Origin: Myxococcales bacterium
GTDB taxonomy: Bacteria; Myxococcota_A; Polyangia; Polyangiales; DASUME01
Assembly: GCA_047601445.1 (NCBI GenBank)
Contig: JASGJH010000001.1
Coordinates: forward strand, 6,240,001 to 6,304,000
DNA: 64,000 nucleotides
Reading direction: 5' to 3'
Below, one piece after another: positions 1 to 9,804 of this stretch (positions are counted from its first letter, which is position 1; each line of letters opens with the position of its first letter). The notes under the pieces were generated by a model. That model worked only from the letters and a program-made list of their open reading frames with translations, was not told the origin of the DNA and did not search any database. A program made the translations under genes and the position numbers.

Positions 1-218
1 TGCGCCAGCGTGCGCCGGAGAAGCCGTTGGTGATCGACTTGGTGGCGTTCCTGGACTCGCCCGATGGCTGGCTCGCGTCTGCGCTGCTGGACCTGCACGC
101 GCTCGGGTTTCGCGTGGTGAGTGACCGCTCCCTGGGAATGGACGCGCTGCACAGCCTGCGTGACGCGAGGGCTCGCGCGGAGCCGCGCTTTCACTGGGTG
201 CGCCTGCGCGCCCCCTGA
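1..218 (+). CDS. 3' end of a hypothetical protein entering from outside the window
   Basis: Frame is open from position 3 (RQRAPEKPLVIDL...) to TGA at 218 with GC-rich codon usage; no recognisable motif. Confidence 0.5.
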   Translation, partial: RQRAPEKPLVIDLVAFLDSPDGWLASALLDLHALGFRVVSDRSLGMDALHSLRDARARAEPRFHWVRLRAP

Positions 219-274
219 GTCGTTGGGGACCTCAACCGTGTGCCATCGACCGGCCGAACGAGCCCGCCCTCAGC

Positions 275-727
275 TCACTGAACGGTGCTCGCACCGCTGG
301 TGGCGGCCTCTTCCTGCGCGAAAATGCGTGTATCGCCGGCCCGAATCGTCTCACTCACCAGGCGGAAGTTGCCGTGCACGGCCTCCCACTGCTGCGTGAT
401 CACCGAGTTGCGGACGGTCACGCCGCCGGTGTCGTACCAGTTGAGGGCGACCTCGGAGGTGGCGGTCTTGCGGTCGTCCGCCAGCTTCATGCGCACCAGA
501 TCGGCATCGGCGATGCTGATCGGCCCGCCCCACTCGCGGTGCCGCGACACGAACGCGTCCAGGTAGGTGGGCGAGACGAACTTGGTGGCGTTGTCCACCT
601 GCCCCCAACGCGCCGCATCGTTGAGGGTATAGGCCGCATCCTGAAAGCGCGAGGTAGGCGTGAAGTTCGCCACCACACAGCCTGAACCCAGCGCACACAA
701 CAGCACGACGACCTGCCGAAGACCCAT
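275..727 (-). CDS. Hypothetical lipoprotein
   Basis: MGLRQVVVLLCALGSGC signal with lipobox; start set at ATG 727. Confidence 0.7.
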   Translation of the reverse strand: MGLRQVVVLLCALGSGCVVANFTPTSRFQDAAYTLNDAARWGQVDNATKFVSPTYLDAFVSRHREWGGPISIADADLVRMKLADDRKTATSEVALNWYDTGGVTVRNSVITQQWEAVHGNFRLVSETIRAGDTRIFAQEEAATSGASTVQ

Positions 728-778
728 GACGACCACGCTAGCGGGCGGGCCAGAGAAGGCAAAAAAGCTGCGTGAAAC

Positions 779-1852
779 TCAGCTGCTTACTTGGACGCCG
801 CCGGTGAGCATGTCGCGCATGCTGGGCTCGAAGAACATGTAGGGGTGCACCAGCTCGGGTCGCGTGAGTTGTTCGAGCTTGTCGGCGTGCTCGGCAGGGA
901 TCTCGAAGGACAGGGCGCTCAGGTTCTCCTCCAGCTGATGCAGCTTGGTGGCCCCGAGGATGGTGGAGGTGACGCCTGGTCGGTTGGCGACCCAATTCAA
1001 GGCGACTTGGGCCGGACTTCGCTCGAGAGCCGTGGCGACCTGCTTGAGCGCGTCGACCACGGCCCAGTTGCGCTCGGTGAACAGCTTGCTGAACGCCGGG
1101 TTGGTCCAATTCGACACGGCTTCCAGCCGCCCGCCTGCGCCGCGCACCTCGTTGGCGCCGCCTCCGCGCGTGTGCTTGCCGCTCAGCATGCCGCTTGCGA
1201 GCGGACTCCAGGGGGTCACGCCCAGTCCCAGCGCGCGGGCCGCCGGGATGTGCTCACGCTCGATGTTGCGCTCCAGCAGCGAGTACTCGAGCTGCAGTCC
1301 GCACAGCTTCTCGTAGCCCCGCAGTTCGGCGAGGGTCTGCGCGCGCGCCAGGTACCAGGCGGGCACGTCGGAGAAACCGATGTAGCGGACCTTGCCCGAC
1401 TGCACGAGGGCGTCGAGGGTGGACATCACCTCCTCCACCGGCGTGATGCCGTCCCAGGCGTGCAGCCAGTAGACGTCCACATAGTCCGTGCGCAGCCGGC
1501 GCAAGCTGCCCTCGAGCGCACGGTGGATGTTCTTGCGGCCGTTGCCGCCCGCGTTCGGATCCCCGGGGCTCGTGTTGAAGCTGAACTTGGTGGCGAGCAC
1601 GGTTTTGTCGCGCAGCCGACGCTCACTCAAGTACTCGCCGAGCATGCTCTCGCTGCTGCCGCCGGTGTAGGCGTCGGCGGTGTCCACGAAGTTACCGCCC
1701 GCCTCGAAGTAGCGATCCATCAGCGAAAAGACGGTCTCCTTGGGGCTGCCCCAGCCCCATTCGGTGCCGAAGGTCATGGTGCCGAGGCACAGTGGTGACA
1801 CGCGCAGGCCGCTCCGGCCCAACACGGAATAGCTCGTCATCGATTTCGTCAT
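779..1852 (-). CDS. Aldo/keto reductase
   Basis: LGRSGLRVSPLCLGTMTFG, DTADAY (D/Y), LATKF (K), WLHAWD (H), PWSPLASG motifs. Confidence 0.95.
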   Translation of the reverse strand: MTKSMTSYSVLGRSGLRVSPLCLGTMTFGTEWGWGSPKETVFSLMDRYFEAGGNFVDTADAYTGGSSESMLGEYLSERRLRDKTVLATKFSFNTSPGDPNAGGNGRKNIHRALEGSLRRLRTDYVDVYWLHAWDGITPVEEVMSTLDALVQSGKVRYIGFSDVPAWYLARAQTLAELRGYEKLCGLQLEYSLLERNIEREHIPAARALGLGVTPWSPLASGMLSGKHTRGGGANEVRGAGGRLEAVSNWTNPAFSKLFTERNWAVVDALKQVATALERSPAQVALNWVANRPGVTSTILGATKLHQLEENLSALSFEIPAEHADKLEQLTRPELVHPYMFFEPSMRDMLTGGVQVSS

Positions 1853-1931
1853 GGTTCGCTCCCAGGCTCCCGTCGTACGTCGAAGGGGGCGCGTTACGCG
1901 CGGCCTGGCGATGGCACGGTTTGCGCTAAGT

Positions 1932-4037
1932 TCAAAGCTTGCGCGCGGTGCACACGCGATCGCGACCGGTCTGCTTGGCGAGATAGAGGGCCTTGTCGGC
2001 CACCTCGAAGAGCTGCGTGTCGGACTTGGCGTCGTCCGGGAACTGCGCCACGCCCAGTGAGCAGGTCACCCGCAGCTTGCCGATGTCGCTCTCGAACTGG
2101 CGCGCCTTGAGCTCCTCGCGCACGCGCTCGGCCAGCTGCACGGCGCCGCGAGCATCCGTCTCCTCGCACAGGATGCAGAACTCTTCGCCACCGAAGCGGG
2201 CCACCACGTCGGTGTCGCGCTTCAGCGCGCGCAGGATCTCGCCCAGCCCGCGGATCACGTGGTCGCCGACTGCGTGTCCGTAGGTGTCGTTGACGCTCTT
2301 GAAGTGATCGATGTCGGTGACGATGAGGCTGAGCTTGCGGCCGAAGCGCTCCGCGGCCTTGATGCGCCGCTGCAGCTCCTCCAAGAAGGTGCGCTTGTTG
2401 AGGCAGCCCGTGAGGCCGTCGGTGGTGGCCAGCTCCTCCAGGCGCCGCACGCTCTCGGCGTTGGCCAGCGCCACGGCGAGCTGGTTGGCGAGCACCTGCA
2501 AGGTGGGGCGTACGGAGGCGCTGAAGGCGTCGGGCCGGCGCGCCGCGATGGCCAGGGTGCCGACCGGATCCTCGCGCACCAACAGGGGCAGGATCAGCAG
2601 AGACTGCATGCCGTCGAGGTTCGACGCGGCGCGCGTGTACACCATTTGCTTCTGGCCATCGAACTCGCCGCGGTAGGGCAAGTAGTGGCGATTCTTTACC
2701 GCCATGGCCGTGAGCGACGCATTGTCGCGGAAGCTGAGCTTCTGGATCTCGCCCGCGCCCTCGCCCACGGCGCGCAGCACCGAGTGGCGCTTGTCCTCGG
2801 CGTCGTAGCGGGTGACGGCCGCGAAGTCGTAGGGGGCGATCTGGGAAGCCGCGTTCAAGCCAGCCTCGATCACGGCCTCGGCGGTCAGCGCTGCGCCCAG
2901 CGCCTGCGAGGCCTGGTGCAACACCGTCTGTTCGCTCTTGCTGCGCTCGAGCTGCACGAACACACGTTCGTTCTCGATGGCGCGCAGGGAATGGCGCACG
3001 GCGCCCTCGAGCACGCTCTCTTCGCGCGCGCCGAAGGGCGCATCCTCGATGCGATCCGCGCACAACGCGCCGAGTACCTTGCCGTTCTCGACCACCGGCA
3101 CGCCCAGGAATGCGCGCACCATGCTGGGGCCACGGTAATAGCAGAGCCCCCGGTAGCCAGGCTTGATGTGCTCCAGGTTCATGGTCATGCCGCGCTTCAT
3201 CACGGCGCCCACGGCGCCCTCGGCGCCGACGAAGGGACCCTCGGCGATGTCGTCGCTCTCGGTGACCAGCTCGACGATGCGGAAGCGCTGCCCGTCGTCG
3301 TCGTACATCACCAGCACGCAGGTGTGCAGGTTCAGCGTGCGCTTGAGCAGATCGAGCGTGTAGTAGAGGGTCTGGTGCACCTCCTCCACGCTCGAGCGCG
3401 TCATGCGCTCCTCATCGCGCTCCGAGGCCTGGCTGGGCGCACTGATCAGGCGATAGCGGCGTGCGTCCTCGAGGGCCTTGAGCTTGTCCTCGTCGAGCTG
3501 CTTCTTGGACTTCTCGCGCACGCGTTCGATCTCCACGCGCGTGAAGAGCAGACTCATCAGGCCGAAGAACACGATGAACGTGGCGTGCAAGAAGTAGGGC
3601 TGCGGATCTCGGTGCCGCTCCGTGATGAAGTAGAGCACCGCCTCCAGGACCACCGCGCTCACCACCATCGTGCTGCCCGTGGGCTTGACGGCGAAGGAGG
3701 CCACGAACGCCACCAGCACGTAGACCAGCGGATAGAGCTGCCCAGTCAGGCCGCCGGCGATCTGCACCACGGCGTGCACTGCCACCAGCAGCAGCAGGCC
3801 CATCTCGAGATCCTGGCGCGGCGCCAGACGCCCCTCGCCCTCGAGGCGGAAGCGCGTCACGGCGCGGTGCCCGAACAGGGCGAGCCAGGCCGCCGCGGCG
3901 ACCAAGTGCTCGACCCCGAGCTGGCCGCGAAAGATGCCGAACACGAGCAAGACGGCGAAGCCGAACGAGAGGATGAACCCGTAGGAGGCGCGGGCCGTCT
4001 TGCGAAGAGTGAGAGCGGTTTCTACCAGCGTCGTCAT
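1932..4037 (-). CDS. Membrane diguanylate cyclase (TM-GAF-GAF-GGDEF)
   Basis: N-terminal hydrophobic helices, two GAF-like segments, DGLTG, DIDHFKSVNDTYGH, RxxD I-site (RDTD) and GGEEF. Confidence 0.93.
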   Translation of the reverse strand: MTTLVETALTLRKTARASYGFILSFGFAVLLVFGIFRGQLGVEHLVAAAAWLALFGHRAVTRFRLEGEGRLAPRQDLEMGLLLLVAVHAVVQIAGGLTGQLYPLVYVLVAFVASFAVKPTGSTMVVSAVVLEAVLYFITERHRDPQPYFLHATFIVFFGLMSLLFTRVEIERVREKSKKQLDEDKLKALEDARRYRLISAPSQASERDEERMTRSSVEEVHQTLYYTLDLLKRTLNLHTCVLVMYDDDGQRFRIVELVTESDDIAEGPFVGAEGAVGAVMKRGMTMNLEHIKPGYRGLCYYRGPSMVRAFLGVPVVENGKVLGALCADRIEDAPFGAREESVLEGAVRHSLRAIENERVFVQLERSKSEQTVLHQASQALGAALTAEAVIEAGLNAASQIAPYDFAAVTRYDAEDKRHSVLRAVGEGAGEIQKLSFRDNASLTAMAVKNRHYLPYRGEFDGQKQMVYTRAASNLDGMQSLLILPLLVREDPVGTLAIAARRPDAFSASVRPTLQVLANQLAVALANAESVRRLEELATTDGLTGCLNKRTFLEELQRRIKAAERFGRKLSLIVTDIDHFKSVNDTYGHAVGDHVIRGLGEILRALKRDTDVVARFGGEEFCILCEETDARGAVQLAERVREELKARQFESDIGKLRVTCSLGVAQFPDDAKSDTQLFEVADKALYLAKQTGRDRVCTARKL

Positions 4038-4169
4038 GGTGCTCGCTTGAGGCCCGGTGAGCACTGGACACTAGTTCCGGGGGAAGGATGACGGCAAGAA
4101 ACTGGCGGGAGAGGGGGAGAGTGGTGGGGGGGATCACAGGTTCGTTCGGATCGGACGCCTGCCCGCCTG

Positions 4170-4517
4170 CTACCTCTGCCCCGCCGTCAAGTTAACCCCC
4201 TCCACCGGTGCAAACTGGAAGAGGACCTCTCCCTCTCTCAGGAGTCCGAGTTCATCGCGGGCGATGCGCTCCACCGCGCGTGGATCGCTGCGTAGCCCTT
4301 CGACGTCCTCGCTCAGCTGTTTGATGGACTTGTTCAGGGCCACGTTGTCGGCCTGAATGCGCGTGAGCTGGGCGCTCAGCTTGCGGTAACGGGGCAGTCC
4401 TTCTTCGCTGAGGATGCGCAGGGGCACGGCGAAGACGGCGAACACCAGGAGCCCGAAAGGCAGGAGCTTGGCCATCGATCCGTAGCCGAAGCTTTGCTCG
4501 GGAGCCCTGGAGGACAT
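4170..4517 (-). CDS. ftsB: Septum formation initiator FtsB/DivIC family protein
   Basis: One TM helix, a coiled coil and ERIARDELGLLREGE; start uncertain. Confidence 0.8.
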   Translation of the reverse strand: MSSRAPEQSFGYGSMAKLLPFGLLVFAVFAVPLRILSEEGLPRYRKLSAQLTRIQADNVALNKSIKQLSEDVEGLRSDPRAVERIARDELGLLREGEVLFQFAPVEGVNLTAGQR

Positions 4518-4591
4518 CGTCTGGCGAGCCTGCGCGAATGTTTCACGCGGGTCAACAAACGGCCCGAATACTGCACACTTGGACACCGCGG

Positions 4592-5734
4592 TCAGTGGAG
4601 TTCCACGCACTGCTCGCGGGTAAACGCCTCGTCCCGGGATCGTGTGCGCAGCCGCACCCCGCCCGCCACCAACTTCAGCTCCACCGCGCCCCGTTCACCC
4701 ACCGCACGCAGCGCGTGCTCGGTCTTGACCAGCACCTCTCGGGCGAACGCGCTCGAGGCTTGGCGTCCGTCGGCGTAGTCCGTCTCCGCGTGCAGTTCCA
4801 CGTGATGGATCGCCGCGTCGGTCCGCATCAACTCTGCCGCCCACACCAACAGCTCGGCGGTCGACACCGGTTGCTCGGGCGCGACCCCGCTCGCGAGCTG
4901 CCAAATGCGGGCCCCGCGCTCGAAGCGTCGCATGGAGTGGCGTGCGGCGGCGACCAGGTCATGGCCCGAGACCTGTCCCAGGCGACGCGCACCGACCTCG
5001 ACCTGGAGGCGTGCGGCAGCGTGGGCCTGGACGACCTCCTGGTAGAGGAGCACCAGGAGTTCGCTGTCGTCGCTCGGGTCAGCGCGCAGTTCCTGCAGGC
5101 GCTTGCGTAGCCGGGCGGCGGCCAGCTCCATCTGCACTCCGCGCGAAGCCATGATCAAGAGACGCCTCAGGCGGTGCGCAACGCGCGGCTCACGCACCGA
5201 GAGGCAGAGTGCGCCGACCACTTCACCGGCGGCGCCGCGCAATGGAATGCCGTGGCAGGTGTGGTGATGAAAGCCCGAGATGAAATGCTCGGTCCCGGTG
5301 AGCTCCACGTACTGGTCTTCGGCCAGGGCCGTGCCCACGCCGTTCGCGCCTGCGTGTCGCTCGTCCATCCACGTGCCCACGGTGGGCGCCGGATCGTTGC
5401 CATGCATGCTCTCGGGGTCGCCCTGCACCGAGAGCACGGTGGCATCCCGCGCGCTGAGTAGGGTGGCGTAGCGCTCTGCACCCGCTGCCGCCGCCAGAGC
5501 TTCTACGTAGGGCGAGGCGCTCGCGATGAGCTCCGCGTTCTCCAGGCGAAGGTGATCGATCTCTCGCGCAGAACGGTGCTCGGGGATGAGCAGCCTGGGA
5601 TCCAAGTGCTCTGCGTGCGACCGCTCCCAGGCGCGCATCACCACCGGTCGCAGCAGTCTTGCTTCGATGCTGCCGAGGCTGGTGTAGCGCTGCCAGGCCT
5701 CGAGACTCGCAGCCGCGGCTTGCGAAAGATTCAT
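4592..5734 (-). CDS. GAF-domain protein (AcoR-like sensor N-terminus) with a degenerate C-terminal region
   Basis: RAWERS, GANGVGTAL, GTEHF and TCHGIPL match the AcoR-type GAF; no Walker A or GAFTGA. Confidence 0.75.
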   Translation of the reverse strand: MNLSQAAAASLEAWQRYTSLGSIEARLLRPVVMRAWERSHAEHLDPRLLIPEHRSAREIDHLRLENAELIASASPYVEALAAAAGAERYATLLSARDATVLSVQGDPESMHGNDPAPTVGTWMDERHAGANGVGTALAEDQYVELTGTEHFISGFHHHTCHGIPLRGAAGEVVGALCLSVREPRVAHRLRRLLIMASRGVQMELAAARLRKRLQELRADPSDDSELLVLLYQEVVQAHAAARLQVEVGARRLGQVSGHDLVAAARHSMRRFERGARIWQLASGVAPEQPVSTAELLVWAAELMRTDAAIHHVELHAETDYADGRQASSAFAREVLVKTEHALRAVGERGAVELKLVAGGVRLRTRSRDEAFTREQCVELH

Positions 5735-5916
5735 CCTACCCCCCACGCCAAGTGTCGCGTGCGGCTCCTTTCACTCAAGCCGAAGGGCCAATTTCAGGGG
5801 CGATTTCACCTCTCGTTCACACGCGCGAATCGTGATCGCAGTCCTTCGCGCGCGCGGGCACGGCTCCGCACGTCATCGAGCTGACGTCTTTGCGCAGTGT
5901 GGACGACGCAGCTGGT

Positions 5917-6777
5917 CTACTGCGCGCCCACGCGCTCTGAAGTGAACTCGATGCGTAGCTCGTAGGCATCCGCTTTGCCGTCGGCGTTGGTGTCCACCTT
6001 GAGCTTGGCACCGTTGCAGTCCAGCAGATCCGAGAGATGTTCGAGGCCACCGCCGCAGGCGGTCGGGTTGCTGCAGACCAATAGACACGTGATGGGATCG
6101 AGCGCGAGGGGAGCGCTCTTGGCCTCGCTCGGGAGCACGGCTGCCTGGAGACGTCCCTGCTCGATGCTGGTGAAGTCCGCGCTGAACGACGCGGCCCAGA
6201 TGGCCTGCGTGGCAGACAGCTGCAGCAGATAGCCACGATCGGCATCCGGGCCCGGCACCCATGCCTTCAGCACGTAGTCGAAGGGCTCCGAGACGTAGGT
6301 GAGCGCATCCTCGGTGCTGCGCGCGATCCGAAAGAAGCCCTTGCTCTCGGGATACTGATAGCTGATGGACCCGTCGTAGAAGACCGAGCCGTACTCCACG
6401 CCTGCTCCCGCGTCGGCGCTCTGGAGGTCGTTGTAGAACAGGCGCACGTCTTGGGTATCGGCGGCCAATACGCCGTAGGCGCTGGCGAGTGCTGCGGGCT
6501 CGATCAGCTTGAAGGAGCCCTTCTTCTCCACGTAGGAGTAGCCGACGGGCGGTCCCTCGAGGGGCTGTGCTGCGTCCCAGTCCGGCGTGGGCAGTGGCGG
6601 CGCGGTGGTGGTATCTCCGCCGTCGGACCTGTCGCCGTCCTGACCCGAGTCCAGCTTCGTGCCTCCATCGTGGTCGTTCGACGCCGGCCCGGGACCATCA
6701 TCGCCCCCGCAAGCACCCGCGAAGGTCAACGAAATCAGCAAGAAGTTCGGCCTAACCCAAGACTTGAAGCGCGACAT
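5917..6777 (-). CDS. Hypothetical lipoprotein
   Basis: MSRFKSWVRPNFLLISLTFAGAC lipobox, then a D/G-rich linker. Confidence 0.75.
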   Translation of the reverse strand: MSRFKSWVRPNFLLISLTFAGACGGDDGPGPASNDHDGGTKLDSGQDGDRSDGGDTTTAPPLPTPDWDAAQPLEGPPVGYSYVEKKGSFKLIEPAALASAYGVLAADTQDVRLFYNDLQSADAGAGVEYGSVFYDGSISYQYPESKGFFRIARSTEDALTYVSEPFDYVLKAWVPGPDADRGYLLQLSATQAIWAASFSADFTSIEQGRLQAAVLPSEAKSAPLALDPITCLLVCSNPTACGGGLEHLSDLLDCNGAKLKVDTNADGKADAYELRIEFTSERVGAQ

Positions 6778-6879
6778 GGGCCAAACCCGAGCATGGACCG
6801 GGCTCGAGCGCAATGAGCATTGCTTGAACTTTTCATGATCCGCGTCGGAGTTGGCCCCTCGATGGACGCGAAAACGCGA

Positions 6880-6908
6880 AGGCCGCGCTCCCTTCGGGAC
6901 CGCGGCCT
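6880..6908 (-). terminator. Probable intrinsic terminator
   Basis: AGGCCGCG...CGCGGCCT hairpin followed by TCGCGTTTT on the minus strand, just after the stop at 6945. Confidence 0.6.
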
Positions 6909-6944
6909 CAGCTGCCTTCGATCAGAGCGCTGACCGTGTGTGGC

Positions 6945-8027
6945 TCACATCTGGCTGACGACTGCGTCCGGCTCCACGACGGGCGCGACGCAGATGTCAC
7001 ACAGGTCACCAGTGTAGCCCTCGAAGCAGCTGCACACCGGGTTGCCGCCGTCGTCGAGCTTGCACGAGCCGTGCACGCACGGATTGGGGTCGCAGGCATC
7101 GTGGGGAGGCGGCACGCAAGCATCTACGTCGCCATCGCCATCGCCGTCACCATCGCCGTCGCCGTCGCCGTCACCATCACCGTCGCCGTCGCCGTCACCA
7201 TCACCGTCGCCGTCGCCATCACCGTCACCATCGCCATCGCCGGCGTCTACGCCAGCATCGGGCACGGTGGACGGGCAGCCGAGCGCGGTGATCAGGTTGT
7301 CGTTGACGCTGTTGGCCGTGGTAGAGAACGCACGACCTTCGATCGTCGTATCCTCGTTCGAGGAGAAGGCGGTGCCGGCAAAGATGTTGCCGATGAAGCT
7401 CACGTCGCTGTTGAGCGAGAACGCCGTTTCCGAGCGCCAGAACACATTGCAGCCGCGAGTGTCGGTCGCCGGCGCGTTGGTGCGCACCACGCTCGAGCCC
7501 ATTTGAGCCGTGAACGACGTGCCGATCAGGAACACGAAGACCGCGTTGGCGTCGCCCTGTGCGTCCAGCGTCACGACACCGTTCGTGCTCAGCGAAGCCG
7601 GACCCGTGAAGCAATGCACGCCCGGCGTGAAGGTGCGTCCCGCGAGATCCACGTTGCCGGGACCTTCCGTCGTGTCGCACGTCTGCCCGGCCAGGTTGGC
7701 GCTGGCCGCGACCGAGGCGGCGAAGGCGCTGTCGTAGGCCGCAGTGCCCTCTTCGATGGTTCCACTCAGGTGCCCGGCGTACCCGTTGACGTTTTGGTCG
7801 CCGCCCACGTTGCCGGTGACCTGCGTCGTGGACATCGACGGGTTGTTGTTGGCAACCGTGCCCGCCAGGACACCAAAGGCCGAAGAATCGCCCAGGTTGG
7901 GCGCGGTTGCGGCCCACGCCCCTGAGCCCACCTCTTTCTTCGGCGTGTTCGCGTCGCTATCGCTAGTGCAGCCAATGAACATGAGCGGCACGAGCGCGCT
8001 CGACACAACTTTCATTCGGATCCCCAT
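6945..8027 (-). CDS. Ice-binding-like (DUF3494) lipoprotein with a (GD)n linker and an EGF-like domain
   Basis: FIGC lipobox; FGVLAG, LAGRTFTPGVH, LDAQGDANAVFVFLIG, NVFW, FIGNI and IEGRA are typical of DUF3494; C-terminal CDPNPCVHGSC...CSCFEGYTGDLC; start uncertain (8015-8036). Confidence 0.88.
   Translation of the reverse strand: MGIRMKVVSSALVPLMFIGCTSDSDANTPKKEVGSGAWAATAPNLGDSSAFGVLAGTVANNNPSMSTTQVTGNVGGDQNVNGYAGHLSGTIEEGTAAYDSAFAASVAASANLAGQTCDTTEGPGNVDLAGRTFTPGVHCFTGPASLSTNGVVTLDAQGDANAVFVFLIGTSFTAQMGSSVVRTNAPATDTRGCNVFWRSETAFSLNSDVSFIGNIFAGTAFSSNEDTTIEGRAFSTTANSVNDNLITALGCPSTVPDAGVDAGDGDGDGDGDGDGDGDGDGDGDGDGDGDGDGDGDGDGDVDACVPPPHDACDPNPCVHGSCKLDDGGNPVCSCFEGYTGDLCDICVAPVVEPDAVVSQM
7128..7241 (-). 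repeat. Hexanucleotide repeat encoding (Gly-Asp)19
   Basis: 114 bp of GGY-GAY units with synonymous variation. Confidence 0.95.
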
Positions 8028-8351
8028 CGTCATCATCCCCCTTGTATTTCGAGGGGCATGAGCAGGAGTCATGCCTGCGCGCACGGCCTCGCACAAAGGC
8101 ACCCACGCGATCCGAGTGCTCCAAAAATGCCTCCCTTGTGAAACCAAACGACATCTCTCCAACCCCTGTCCCCGAAGGAGCAACGGGCGCCGAGCGCGCC
8201 CTGCGTGCGCGACCTTACGTGGGTGCCCGCGAGCTTGCTCCCGACGCAGCGAAGTGACGTACGCCACCTTGCTCCGCGATGGCTACTCCTGTGGCTCTCC
8301 TGGCGACAAGGGTGACCAGCGAGGCGCAGCGCCTCACCTCTGGGCGGCTTT

Positions 8352-9770
8352 TCAAGGAGCTGACGCTGCACAAAGTGGCTGCGAGCTCGGATAGGGAAGG
8401 TGAGCTTGCGGATCCGTCGCCGCGTCGATGACTCCTTCCGGCACCGCGGCGTCGCAGCGCAGGGCGTCGAGCAGGTCCGCCAACATCGGATGCGGTTCGC
8501 GCGTGTCCTGATAGTCCGCGAGGTCGTTCGGGTCGCTCCAGGTGCGGCGCGTGTAGCCGCGCGGGAAGGGCGCGGTCTTCATGTGAGGGCTGGCCATGGC
8601 CTCGACGATCGTGCGGTCTGCCAGACGTTGCTGCAGGTCCCACAGCATCGCCGCGACTTCGTTCTCGTCCATCGGCTGCATCAGTCCGGCGGCGGCGTTC
8701 GGGCGCTGCCAGGTCGGTAGCTCCGCGGGATAGCTGCGCATCGCGAGGTCGAACACCACGAGCGCGCCGTTCTGCTTGTCGTAGTAGCGCGAGTCCTTTC
8801 GCATCCACGCGCTGAAGAAGGTGGCCCAGCCCTCGCCGAAGGCCTGGCCGGGTTGCGTGGGTTTGCCGAAGAAATGCGAGCCCGACTCGCGCTGCGGCGC
8901 GGCCAACATGTTCATTGCCACGTGCCCGAGCTCGTGGAACGTCAGTGCGTCCGACCAGTACCGCTCCTGGCTCGAGCCGTCGAGCCAAACGCGATGGGTG
9001 ATCGCTTGACCGAGCAACTCCACGGAATCGCGCACGGTGCACGTTCCGCAGGAGAATCGAGACCCCACACCGAGCCAGACCAACAGGGGCTCGAAGGCTC
9101 GCTCGCCGAGCGTGGGTTGCAACTGGTCACGCACGCGGCGTGCGGCATCGAACACGTGCAGCGCGGCCGAGCCGTCCGCCAGATTGATCGTCAGGTCGGG
9201 TCCTTGCTCGAGGCTCGAGAGCGGGAAGCTCCAGCTCCACAGCTGTGCGCGCGGCATCGCTTCTGAAAGATCGTGGGGATTCTCTCGCGGGAGAAAGCCC
9301 GGATCGGCCACCCCGAACGACAGCTGGCCGTCTTCGTTGTAGCTCGCAGCTTGCACCACGATGAAGGTGTCGTCCGAGGCGTCGATCGGAACCTCTAGCT
9401 CGAACTCTCCCGCTCCGGCGGAACTCGTCGCGCTCGTCGTCTCCGCCAGCAGTTGTCGACCGCGGACGGCCCGCACATTCACGCCGAGCGCGGGGAGAAG
9501 CAAGCTGTCCGTCGTCCAGTCCGTCAGCTCCTGGTTCAGCGTGCGCAGCTCGTACAGCAGGCGTCCGCGCAGGAGCTGGGTCGATTGCGCGGGCAGTCCG
9601 GCGTCGCCGCCCCCATCGTGCGCGTCGGCGTCATTTCCTGTGTCCCCGGTTTCGGCGTCATGGGTCCCGTCGGGGACCGTCTCGACGTCCGAGTGCAGCT
9701 CACTCCCGCAGGCGGAGGGAAAGCCGGCAACGAGCAGGGCGCCTACCCATGCGAGAAGGCGCCCGCTCAT
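8352..9770 (-). CDS. Lipoprotein, putative zinc metalloprotease
   Basis: PSAC lipobox; FHELGH (HExxH) with a downstream AFGEGWA third-ligand Glu (gluzincin-like). Confidence 0.75.
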   Translation of the reverse strand: MSGRLLAWVGALLVAGFPSACGSELHSDVETVPDGTHDAETGDTGNDADAHDGGGDAGLPAQSTQLLRGRLLYELRTLNQELTDWTTDSLLLPALGVNVRAVRGRQLLAETTSATSSAGAGEFELEVPIDASDDTFIVVQAASYNEDGQLSFGVADPGFLPRENPHDLSEAMPRAQLWSWSFPLSSLEQGPDLTINLADGSAALHVFDAARRVRDQLQPTLGERAFEPLLVWLGVGSRFSCGTCTVRDSVELLGQAITHRVWLDGSSQERYWSDALTFHELGHVAMNMLAAPQRESGSHFFGKPTQPGQAFGEGWATFFSAWMRKDSRYYDKQNGALVVFDLAMRSYPAELPTWQRPNAAAGLMQPMDENEVAAMLWDLQQRLADRTIVEAMASPHMKTAPFPRGYTRRTWSDPNDLADYQDTREPHPMLADLLDALRCDAAVPEGVIDAATDPQAHLPYPSSQPLCAASAP

Positions 9771-9804
9771 GCCGTGTGCTCGCTCCCACGGGGCAGCATC
9801 GGCA

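Noticed and set aside
1912..1927. TGGCACG sigma54-like element
   Set aside because: Poor -12 box, and it points antisense into the cyclase gene
8040..8350. Long leader upstream of the ice-binding-like gene as a riboswitch
   Set aside because: No riboswitch consensus recognised by eye; would need an Rfam/Infernal scan
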